DNA of 64,000 nt from Octopus sinensis (Eukaryota): contig NC_042997.1 in the NCBI RefSeq assembly GCF_006345805.1, positions 147,746,001 through 147,810,000 on the forward strand, given 5' to 3'. Below the pieces are notes generated by a model. That model ran no database searches, was not told the DNA's origin, and saw only the letters and a list, made by a program, of their open reading frames with translations. Shown piece by piece: positions 13,363-23,043 of the stretch (position 1 is the first letter of the stretch; every line of letters starts with the position of its first letter). The position numbers were made by a program, and so were the translations under genes.

Positions 13363-13620
13363 ACACTGTTTACAAAGTTTTAATATGTCTTTTAATATAT
13401 TTCATAAGTGAAAGATTATAGGTTGTCGACCGGTGTTGCTGTCTCTGATCACGATATTAAAGTTATTGTGATTTCGTATTTTCTTTAGGAGATACGAAAT
13501 TACAATGATTTCAATGTCCGGATTAGCCCGAAATCGAAACCGGTCAACAAACAATACTCTTTCATACTCTTTCACTAATGAAATACATATCAAAAATACA
13601 TGAAAACCATGTAAACTGTG
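13363..13620. mobile_element. palindromic element with two degenerate hammerhead-like motifs
   Basis: Arms are inverted from the ends to a central loop (about 13480-13491); each arm carries a decayed CUGANGA…GAAAC-CG-GUC motif (- strand 13424-13456; + strand 13515-13549). Confidence 0.55.
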
Positions 13621-13685
13621 TGTAATATCCTTCTTTTATTATATATATATATATATACACGGAAAATTCACAAAAAAAAACAAAA

Positions 13686-13800
13686 AGACGAAGACAGGTG
13701 GTGTAGACAACAAATAAATGTATTAATATAACGCTCGGGAAGTGAAAGTCTTCAACGTTTCGAGCCTACGCTCTACAACAGAAAGGAACACAGAAAAAAA
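13686..13800 (-). mobile_element. dispersed repeat with CUGUUG(A/U)-variant hammerhead-like motif
   Basis: Minus strand CUUU-CUGUUGU-A-GAGC-GUAG-GCUC-GAAAC-GUU-GAAG (13749-13784); homologous copy at 47505-47630. Confidence 0.6.
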
Positions 13801-13859
13801 CAAGGAGAGAAAAAAAAAGAATGTATTGTAGCTAGCGATCTATCATGGCGAAGGCCGGA

Positions 13860-14480
13860 CAGAAAGGTCACACAGGAGAGCTAAGGAGAAGGGGAGATAA
13901 CAAAGTGGTGGTGATCCCAAAATGAGAGTGCGCGTGCGTAGGTATACGAGAGTTGTATGTGTGTGTGGAACAGGGCTAGTGATCTTGACGTGTGCGTATG
14001 CGTATGTGTAGGTGTGAAGATATGGGTCTGGGAAGTGGTCAATGCTGATGTTTGCATGGTCGTGGCTTGTGATGTGATGTGGTGTGTGGTATGGTGGTGT
14101 AAGGTGTAGTGGGGTGTGGGTTAGGCTGAAGGTGGTAGTAGAGGTTGGGTGTGGGTAGGCGGTGGGTGAGTGTAAAGTTAAGGTTAGGTGGGTATGTGTG
14201 TAGGGGTGGGTTGGCATGGAATTGGGAAGGATAGGGGAGGTGGGGCTGAAATATGTAGGGGTGAGTGGGCTTGCAAGGGAGGGGTGACGAGGAAAGGAGG
14301 AAGGAGAAGTTGGTAGAAGTGAAGAGAAAAAAGGTAGGTAGGAGTGAAGAGAAGAAAGGAGAGTAGGAGTGAAGGGAAGTGAAGGGTAGAAGTAGGAGTC
14401 GGCGTAAGAGAGGAGAGGTGGGTGGGAAGATGTAGGTGTAAGGGAGAGGCAAGGGAAGGAGAGTTGAGCGCATGTGGGGC
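13860..14480. repeat. G/purine-rich low-complexity tract
   Basis: Strong G/T then G/A skew over about 600 bp; produces the H/P/T-rich minus-strand ORFs. Confidence 0.8.
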
Positions 14481-14558
14481 AAAAGAAGGAAGAGAGAGGA
14501 TTAATCCCTGTTTACGGCGCAAGCGGGAGCCCGGATGGCCCTTATGCAAGGACATATC

Positions 14559-14789
14559 TATTTCTTTACTACCCACAAGGGGCTAAACACAGAGAGGACA
14601 AAGAAGGACAGACAAACGGATTAAGTCGATTATATCGACCCCAGTGCGTAACTGGTACTTATTTAATCGACTCCGAAAGGATGAAAGGCAAAGTCGACCA
14701 TGGCGGAATTTGAACTCAGCACGTAGCGGAAGACGAAATACCGCAAAGCATTTCGCCCGGCGTGCTAACGTTTCTGCCAGCTCGCCGCC
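14559..14789 (-). mobile_element. full-length SINE family B (tail 1) with TSD
   Basis: Same consensus as 9716-9946; flanked by tatgcaaggacat(a/g)tc on both sides, with a further copy near 14815-14840. Confidence 0.9.
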
Positions 14790-14834
14790 GCTATGCAAGG
14801 ACATGTCGTCTTTCGCCCTTATGCAAGGACATAT

Positions 14835-14990
14835 CGTCTTTCAGTTTCCGTCTACGAAACCCATTCACAAGGCTATGGTTAGCCTGAAGCTATAGTAGAA
14901 GACAACTGTCTAAGGTGACACGCACTAAGACTGAGCCTGGAAACATGTGGTTGGGAAGAAAGATTCTTATTACACAGTCACACCTGCACC
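14835..14990 (-). mobile_element. SINE family A 5' half, diverged
   Basis: tttcagtttccgtctacgaaa…cacaaggct…tatagtagaagaca…catgtggttgg. Confidence 0.7.
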
Positions 14991-15007
14991 TTGTATAATA
15001 TAATGTA

Positions 15008-15063
<56 letters not shown>

Positions 15064-15300
15064 GATAAGATATATATAATATATATACGATATATATATA
15101 TAATATATATATAAAATATATACATATATCATATATATATAAATAATATATATATAATATATACATGATATATATATATAATATATATAACATATAAGAT
15201 ATATATATATATATAATATATTATATATATATAGATATGTGATATATATATATATATATCTTATATATAGATAAGATATATATAATATATATAATATATA

Positions 15301-18300
15301 TGATTGATTGATTGATTGATTGATTCTAGTTTCAGCTTATGAGCTGTGGCCATGCTGGGGCACCGCCATTTGGTGTTGCTACTTGGTTTCACTTCATGGA
15401 GGCTTTCTAGCAACTGCTATTTGGTGCATGAGAGAGTTCGATGCAGCTGCCCTCATCTGCCCCTCCTGCCGTGAAGTTGGTTCATCTGGGACACCTGACA
15501 GGAAGAGATCCAGCTTCATTTTAAAGTCATGTGTATCCACCCCATGCAGGTCTCTCAGGTTCTTCGGGAGGATATTGAAGAGCTGTGGGCCTCGGAAGCC
15601 CAGGCTATCACAGAATCTTGTCCTACATCTTGATGGCAGGTTTGGAGTCCTAGGCACCACGCAGTGGCGCCCAGTTCTGGCATTTGCGTAACTCTCGATG
15701 CCAAAGTTCAGGACACTTCCCTCCAGGATCTTCCAGATGTATATTATGGCATATCTTTCCCGCCTACGCTCCAGGGAATATAATTTTAATCTCTTGAGTC
15801 TTTCCCAGTAGCTTACATTCTGCATAGAGGCTATCTTCTTTGTGTAGCTTCGTTGGATCGCCTCAAGTTCTGTGATCAACTTGACACTGGATGGTGACCA
15901 TAGCTGAGAGCAATAGTCAAAGTGGCTTAGGACAAGTGTCTTCCAGAGGACCATCATGGTTTCTTGTTCTCTTGTTCTAAAGGTTCTAAGAATCCATCCA
16001 GCCAGCCGTCTACATTTCATTGTCAGTTTAGCAACATGTACATGAAAGGTCGCGTCATCACTCATGTGAATACCCAGGTCACGCACTGATTGTGCCTCTG
16101 GGATTGCAATCCCTCCGGGTCCAGTGTATTCATTGGGTATTGCATTCAGTTTTGCATGCTGATAGTATAAAGCTTGAAACTTTCCAGCATTGAACTGCAT
16201 GCTATTTTTTCAGCCCACTTGTATATTTCGTCCAGCTCACATTGCAGGTGTTTAGTGTCCTCAGGGTTCTGTATTGCCTGTGAAACTTTTGTATCATCTG
16301 CATAACTTGTGATCGTGGCTCTCTGCGTGGCTGAGGGCATGTCTGAGAGGGCCATTATGAACAGTAGTGGTCCCAGAACAGTGCCCTGCGGAACACCGCT
16401 CACTATTTGTGTGTTAATGGAGGTGGCCCCATTGGCTACTACCACCTGACTTCTATCCTTCAGAAAGTCATGAAGCCATTCTCCCAGTTTTCCAACTATG
16501 TTGAGATCACGCAGTTTGTGACATATCATTCCATGATCGACTTTATCAAAGGCCTTTGCAAAGTCGAGATATATCACTTCCACATTTGAGTGGTTGAGCA
16601 GCCGTTTCAGCACCCAGTCATAGTGTTGTAGGAGCTGAGTTAAACAGCTTCTCCCTGGTCGGAAACCATGTTGGGTGTCGGGCAGCAAGTCATTCTCTTC
16701 ACGGAAGGTGATCAGCTTCCTTCTGACTATTCGTTCCATGACCTTGCTGATGTGTGAGGTCAGAGAGATAGGTCTATAGTTCTTGGCTTCCGCTCTGCTA
16801 CCTCCTTTATGAATGGGGCATATTTTACCTTCCTTCAGTTTTCCTGGAAGTTTGCCAGCTGCAAGGAAGCTCTGAAAGAGGAACTGCAGTGGTCTTGCTA
16901 GGACTCTCTTACATGCTTTTAGGAGGATTGCCGGGAATCCATCGGGGCCAGTAGCTGAGTCTGTTTTCATTTCATCTATAGCCTTGGTTACATCGTCTTC
17001 CTTTATATCGATGTAATCTATCGTCGCCGCCTCTGATTTTATATCTGCAGTGGTAAAAAAGTCAGTTGGATTGGTGATTTGGAGATGCCCAAGGGGTGGA
17101 GTGAAAACACTCTTGAATTGCTCATTCAGTATTTCACTTACCCTCATTGGTTTTCCTGTAAGTGTGCCATCCTTTTCGAGGAGTGGCCCTATTCTACAGT
17201 GCACTGTAGCTGTTTCTTTGGCATACCTGTAGAAAGCTCTGGGGTTAGATTTTATGTTTTCTATAGCCCAGGCTTCTTTGTCTGCTCTTTCTTTTTCATG
17301 GGAGAGTTGCAGACATTTTTCGATTTCCAACAGTTTTATTTTTAGGCGGGACTTTTCACTGCTTTCAATCTGTTTGTTTAGGCGATTTGAAAATTTCGTA
17401 CGCCGTCTCATTAAAATTTTCCTCTCTCTGGGGATTTTGTTCTTGTGTACAGTGGCCTTTCTCTCTGGGACACATTTGTAGCATATGGCTTGCATTACAG
17501 ACATGAATTGTTGAAGTTTCACGTCGATGTCTGGCGAGGAGAGACATTTAGGCCAGTTTTGTTTGAGGATCTCTTTCTCAATTTGTTTCCAGTTTGCCTT
17601 ATGGTAGTTCAAGCTGGAAAGATTTTGAGGGTTTCTTGTAGGCTGCATGTCCGTGCTCTCTTTTGGCCCGTACATGGTCAGCTCTATCATGTTGTGATCC
17701 GAGAGTAGTGTCGGTGTCACTTTCACATTATGGATGAGATCCATGTCATTTGTGAAGCAGAGATCCAGTGTGTTACCTGCCCTGGTTGGTTGGAGTATTA
17801 CCTGCTCCATGTACAGGGTGTTGATGAGGTTCAGGAGGGACCTCGCCTGTCCTCGTTCACATCTTGTCATTCCTGGGAGAGAAAGGCCCTCGGGCCATCT
17901 GACATTGGGCAGATTGAAGTCTCCCATAAGAAGCACACCTATGTGTTGTTCTAATGTGGTTAGAATTTCTTCTATTTTTATAAGGCAGTCTTCAAACTTG
18001 CCCACATGGCTTGGGGCATCTGGAGGGCGATATGTAGCACACACAACTACATCAAGTTGCCTAATATGTACAATTAGTGTGTCACACACCGAGTTTGAGT
18101 ATGACAAGAGGACCTGGGGTGTGAGGTCCTCACGGATGTACATAGCAACACCTCCATGACTCCTTTCTTTCCTGTCGGTCCGTAGTACAGCATACTGTGG
18201 TATGTGTAACTCCGCATCTGCTATGTCCGGTTTCAGGTGCGTTTCTGTAAGTGCTATGCATAAGGCTTGATTACATGCAACAAAGTCTCTCAGGAACGGG

Positions 18301-18370
18301 ATCTTTGTCCTGTTACTGAGTGTTTGCAGTCCTCTGATGTTCAGTAGGAGTATCGAGGTGAGGTGTACGT
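15301..18370 (-). mobile_element. CR1/L2-group non-LTR retrotransposon (5'-truncated at the start of ORF2)
   Basis: APE and RT motifs, short 3' UTR with a stem-loop, (ATCA)n tail at 15301-15324; flanked by (TA)n on both sides; no ORF1 seen. Confidence 0.93.
15394..16200 (-). CDS. LINE ORF2 C-part (RT thumb/C-terminal), continues the previous ORF after a 1-nt frameshift
   Basis: MQFNAGKFQ…RDLGI…LVLSHFDYCSQLWSP…LEAIQRSYTK…LKLYSLERRRER, a typical CR1-like C-terminus; adding one A to the A6 run (T6 at 16205-16210) restores KWAEKNSMQFN. Confidence 0.9.
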   Translation of the reverse strand: MQFNAGKFQALYYQHAKLNAIPNEYTGPGGIAIPEAQSVRDLGIHMSDDATFHVHVAKLTMKCRRLAGWILRTFRTREQETMMVLWKTLVLSHFDYCSQLWSPSSVKLITELEAIQRSYTKKIASMQNVSYWERLKRLKLYSLERRRERYAIIYIWKILEGSVLNFGIESYANARTGRHCVVPRTPNLPSRCRTRFCDSLGFRGPQLFNILPKNLRDLHGVDTHDFKMKLDLFLSGVPDEPTSRQEGQMRAAASNSLMHQIAVARKPP

Positions 18371-18398
18371 TGTTATATAATATATAAAACATATACAT
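16146..18398 (-). CDS. LINE ORF2 N-part: apurinic endonuclease + reverse transcriptase
   Basis: LLNIRGL…ALTETHL…GGVAMYI…LLMGDFNLP…NTLDL…SDHN (APE); NYRPISLTS, QHGFRPGRSCLTQLL, YLDFAKAFDKV, GVPQGTVLGP, YADD (RT). The first ~10 codons come from the flanking microsatellite. Confidence 0.92.
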   Translation of the reverse strand: MYMFYILYNNVHLTSILLLNIRGLQTLSNRTKIPFLRDFVACNQALCIALTETHLKPDIADAELHIPQYAVLRTDRKERSHGGVAMYIREDLTPQVLLSYSNSVCDTLIVHIRQLDVVVCATYRPPDAPSHVGKFEDCLIKIEEILTTLEQHIGVLLMGDFNLPNVRWPEGLSLPGMTRCERGQARSLLNLINTLYMEQVILQPTRAGNTLDLCFTNDMDLIHNVKVTPTLLSDHNMIELTMYGPKESTDMQPTRNPQNLSSLNYHKANWKQIEKEILKQNWPKCLSSPDIDVKLQQFMSVMQAICYKCVPERKATVHKNKIPRERKILMRRRTKFSNRLNKQIESSEKSRLKIKLLEIEKCLQLSHEKERADKEAWAIENIKSNPRAFYRYAKETATVHCRIGPLLEKDGTLTGKPMRVSEILNEQFKSVFTPPLGHLQITNPTDFFTTADIKSEAATIDYIDIKEDDVTKAIDEMKTDSATGPDGFPAILLKACKRVLARPLQFLFQSFLAAGKLPGKLKEGKICPIHKGGSRAEAKNYRPISLTSHISKVMERIVRRKLITFREENDLLPDTQHGFRPGRSCLTQLLQHYDWVLKRLLNHSNVEVIYLDFAKAFDKVDHGMICHKLRDLNIVGKLGEWLHDFLKDRSQVVVANGATSINTQIVSGVPQGTVLGPLLFIMALSDMPSATQRATITSYADDTKVSQAIQNPEDTKHLQCELDEIYKWAEKIACSSMLESFKLYTISMQN

Positions 18399-18513
18399 AT
18401 ATCACATATATATAAATAAATAATATATATATAAAATATATAATATATATATATATGATATATATATAATACATAAATATATATATAATATATATATAAC
18501 ATATAATATATAC

Positions 18514-18568
<55 letters not shown>

Positions 18569-18642
18569 ATTCGAGACAAAACCACTATTTTAAAACCAAA
18601 CAAGGAAAGACTTAATCAATACATAAAATTTTAATATAAATA

Positions 18643-19332
18643 GTTTCTTATGGTGATCAAGTAAAAACGAATATTATCAAAGAGATTTTAGATATTATAG
18701 AACTATTTATTAGAGATAATCGTAAATATAAAAATATTTTCTCTAGTGATAATTTTGGAGTAGGTTATTCCACTACTAATAATGTAGGTAACATTATTTC
18801 TTCATTTAATAAATTTAAACTGAATAATTTTTATAAAAATAAATTATTTGATAATAATAATAAGGATAAGACATATATTAATTGTACTTGTAGAGATAAA
18901 TCTAAATGTAAATTAAATAATAAATGTGATATTAAAGATGTAGTGTATAAATGTATAGTTACATTACATGATAATAACTTTAAGAAGAATAATTACCCAA
19001 AGCGGTTATATAGGGTCTACTTCCTCTAAAATAAAATTAAGAATCGCACAACATATGAATTCTTTTAAAAATAAAAACTTAATAAACTCCACTGGACTTA
19101 GTAAGTACATTTGGAGAATTAAATCACAAATATTAATTATAGTTTAAATTGGGAAATAATTTGTAAAACTAAATCATATACTATAGGAGCGAATTGTTGT
19201 TATTTATGCTCTAATGAGTTTAAAGAAATTTTATTTTATAAGTATGATAATTTACTTAATATAGGTGAAGAGCGCAAAATAAAATGTAGACATAGATTAC
19301 TTTACCTATATAATAGGTTCCATGATAAATAA
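18643..19332 (+). pseudogene. PLE thumb-linker + GIY-YIG endonuclease remnant (2 frameshifts)
   Basis: Manual translation: VKTNIIKEILDII…YKNIFSS…VGYSTTNNVGNIISSFN…CTCRDKSKCKLNNKCDIKDVVYKCIV…/GYIGSTSSKIKLRIAQHMNSF…STGLSKYIW…/WEIICK…CCYLCSNE…LLNIGEERKIKCRH…*. Matches the C-terminal-EN PLE pattern (CxC…C…C linker, VVY/YIG, CRH). Confidence 0.88.
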
Positions 19333-22180
19333 AATTAATAGCCCCCTATTATAGGTTATTTTAGGTTAATTTGTTTTTAGTTTAGAGTACTAAGTATATA
19401 TTCTAGTTTTATAGTTTAGGCTTTAATTATAGTTAGTATTTAATTGGTATTTCTTTGTTTTGTATTTAATTAATATTTTATTGAGTGTGGGAATGAATAA
19501 TAGTGTATATATCGAGTTTGTACGTAAGTATATGTATGTGTGAGTGTGTATTTGGTTATGTTTGTGGGTGTGTGTATATATGTGTGTGTATTTGTGTGTA
19601 TTGTGTATGAAAGGGGTTTTATCTTTATCTTTTTATTTGTATGTATGGACTTCATTATCATGATTAGTTTAATAAGTATTTTGCATGAAGGTATGGGTGT
19701 GTATGTAGGTGTGCGTGTGTACAAGTGTAAGTATAGATGCGGTAGTGTATGAGTGCTATGTAATTGAGTGTAATTATTTATGCAATTGTATACATGCAAG
19801 TTTTGAATGTCTGTGTGATTGCACCCGTCTGCGTGTACACACTCATTTATATATATATATATATATATTAATATCTATTTGAGTTTTAGTTTTTTATGTT
19901 TTTTTTAAAGAATTGTAGAAAGTTTTGTATATTCCATTCATATTATGTGTAGAAATGTTGTTTTTCTTTTGTATGTTTATGTATGTGTGAATGTGTGTGC
20001 GTGTGCGTTTTTGCTTGTATCGAGTTTTGTACGTATGTATTTGTATGTGTGAGTGAGTATATGGTTATGTTTGAGGGTGTGTGTATATATGTGTGTGTAT
20101 TTGTGTGTATTGTGTAAGGGGTTGTATCTTTATTTATACTTGTATGTATGGATTTTATTTATCATGATTTTTAATAAGAATTTTTGTATGTAGGTATGGG
20201 TGTATATGTATGTGTGAGTGTGTACAAGTGTAAGTGTAGATGTGAGAGTGTATGAGTGCTATGTAATTGGGTGTGATTATTTATGCACTTGTATACATGT
20301 AAGTTTTGAATGTGCGTGTGATTGCACCCGTCTGCGTGTACACACTCTTTTATATATACTTTAATATATATATATGAGTTTTCGTTTATCATGGTCGTTT
20401 TAAAGTTTGTTTGTATCGAGATTTGTACGTATGTATTTGTATGTGTGAGTGTGTATATGGTTATGTTTGTGGGTGTTTGTATATATGTGTGTGTATTTGT
20501 GTGTATTGTGTTAGGGGTTGTATAGTTATATTTATACTTGTATGTATGGATTTCATTCATAAATGATATATAAATTAATAAAATTAATAGCCCCCTATTA
20601 AAGGTTACTGTAGATTAATTTGTTTTTAGTTTAGAGTAACATATATATATATTTTTAGTTATATAGTTTAGACTTTAATTATAGTTAGTATTTAATTGGT
20701 GTTTCTTTGTTTTTTATTTACTTAATATTTTATTGAGTGTGTGAATGAATATTAGTGTATATATCGAGTTTGTACGTATGTATATGTATGTGTGAGTGTG
20801 TATATGGTTATGTTTGTGGTGTGTGTATATATGTGTGTGTATTTGTGTGTATTGTGTATGAATGGGGTTTTATCTTTATCTTTATATTTGTATGTATAGA
20901 CTTCATTATCATGATTAGTTTAATAAGTATTTTGTATGTAGGTATGGGTGTGTATGTATGTGTGCGTGTGTACAAGTTTAAGTATAGATGCGGTAGTGTA
21001 TGAGTGCTATGTAATTGAGTGTGATTATTTATGTACTTGTATACATGCAAGTTTTGAATGTCCAGGTGATTGCACCCGTCTGCGTGTACACACTCATTTT
21101 TTAATATATATATTAATATCTATATGAGTTTTCGTTTTTTATGGTTTTTTTAAAGAATTTGTAGAAAGTTTTGTATATCCATTCATAATTTTTTAATTTA
21201 CGTTTGTTTACTACGTGCTAAGAATTTTATATTCCATTCATAATTTTAAAGACGCTGTTTTACGCGGCGCTAATAATTTCTATATGTTCGGTTCCATGGT
21301 AACGCAATTTTTGTTTATTGTAATAACGGATAAAGTTATTCACTTCAAAATTTGATACTGATTAGAAGGTATGTATATTTTTCTCCTTTGTTAATCTTGT
21401 TACTTATGATAATCTGATTTCTTATGGAGTATTTTATATATCGTATTATGTGTAGAGATGTTGTTTTCTTTTGTATGTTTATGTATGTGTGAATTTGTGT
21501 GAGTGTGCGTATTGATTGTATCGAGTTTTGTACGTATTATTTGTATGTGTGAGTGTGTATATGGTTATGTTTGTGGGTGTGTGATATATGTGTGTGTATT
21601 TATGTGTATTGGTAATGGGTTGTATCTTTATATTTATACTTGTATGTATGGATTTTATTTATCATGATTATTTTACTAAGAATTTTTTGTATGTAGGTAT
21701 GGGTGTGTATGTATGTGTGAGAGTGTACAAGTGTAATTGTAGATGTGGGAGTGTATGAGTGCTATGTAATTGGGTGTGATTATTTATGCACTTGTATATA
21801 TGTAAGTTTTGTATGTGCGTGTGATTGCACCCGTCTGCGTGTACACACTCTTTTATATATATATTAATATATATGAGTTTTCGTTTTTTATGGTCGTTTT
21901 ATTAAAGTTTGTTTGTATCGGGACTTGTACGTATGTATATGTATGTGTGAGTGTGTATATGGTTATGTTTGTGGGTGTCTGTATATATGTGTGTGTATTT
22001 GTGTGTATTGTGTTAGGGTTTGTATAGTTATATTTATACTTGAATGTATGGATTTCATTTCCATTCATAATTTTTTTAAAATGTTTGATATCCACGTGCT
22101 AAGAATTGTTCGGTTTTCTTTTGAGTGTTTATGTATGTGTGAAAATGTGTGTGTGTGTGTGTGTGTGAGATTGTTTGCGT
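19332..22180 (+). repeat. higher-order tandem repeat inside the PLE 3' region
   Basis: Marker ttgcacccgtctgcgtgtacacactc at 19819, 20322, 21070, 21825; aaattaatagccccctatt at 19332 and 20581 (about 1.25-kb period built from ~400-500-bp subunits). Confidence 0.9.
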
Positions 22181-22668
22181 AATTTATTTATCTTATGGGT
22201 GTGGGTGTTTATATATTGGTATATATCGTGTTCTGTATGTATGTGTGTGTATATGTATGTGTGAGCGGGTATATGTATATTGTTTATGAATTGAGTGTTG
22301 TATGTGTGTGTGAGGAAGTATGAATAAGTAATGTGTTGAGTGTATGAGCATGTATGTGTATATATAGTTTATTTTTTGTTTTTTGTTTTTAGGTTTTGGT
22401 TTTTGTTTTTTGTTTTTTGCTTGTTGTTTTTTTTGGTTTTTGTACATTTTTAAATATGAGAACTTTTATAATAGGTTTTTATATTCAATTGTTTATAGGG
22501 TTTATTTTAGATTATTTTAGTTTATATATTGATTATATATAGATTATATATAGATTATATATAGATTATATTTTTATTTTTACATTCTTTCATTGATAAT
22601 TTTATTGTTTTATTATTTTAAATTATTTTAAATTATATTTAAAATATTGCTATTTTTAGATCGAAAAT

Positions 22669-22711
22669 CCACCTGAAGATTGTCGGAGCAGACATGAAAC
22701 ATTTGTAGTGG
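22669..22711 (+). ncRNA. minimal type I hammerhead ribozyme-like motif
   Basis: CCAC-CUGAAGA-U-UGUC-GGAGCA-GACA-U-GAAA-C-AUUU-GUA-GUGG: stem I CCAC/GUGG, stem II UGUC/GACA, GUA cleavage triplet. Confidence 0.7.
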
Positions 22712-22879
22712 CGGTTTATTTAATTTATATTAAAATTTTATGTATTGATTAAGTCTTTCCTGTTTGGTTTTAAAATAGTGGTTTTGTCTCGAATTATATT
22801 ATATAATATTTTACTATAAATTGGATTTAACCCTAAATCTGATTTTTCCCTGTAATTTGGATTCATTCCTAATATTTAT

Positions 22880-22923
<44 letters not shown>

Positions 22924-22980
22924 ATATATATATAATATATATAATCTATATATAATATATATACATAAGATCATATGTAT

Positions 22981-23043
<63 letters not shown>

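Larger units (their letters stand above)
18563..22800 (+). mobile_element. Penelope-like retroelement, 5'-truncated, with inverted terminal duplication
   Basis: About 78-bp inverted repeat 18563-18641 / 22723-22800; GIY-YIG remnant; HHR motif at 22669-22711; embedded in (TA)n. Confidence 0.85.

Noticed and set aside
19332-22660. Repeat array as a mitochondrial control-region NUMT or a CRISPR-like array
   Set aside because: No mitochondrial genes or tRNAs adjacent; units are long, degenerate and lack repeat-spacer alternation; the array lies inside a PLE.
18563-22800. Classical TIR DNA transposon
   Set aside because: The interior encodes a PLE GIY-YIG domain rather than a DDE transposase, and an HHR precedes the right repeat.
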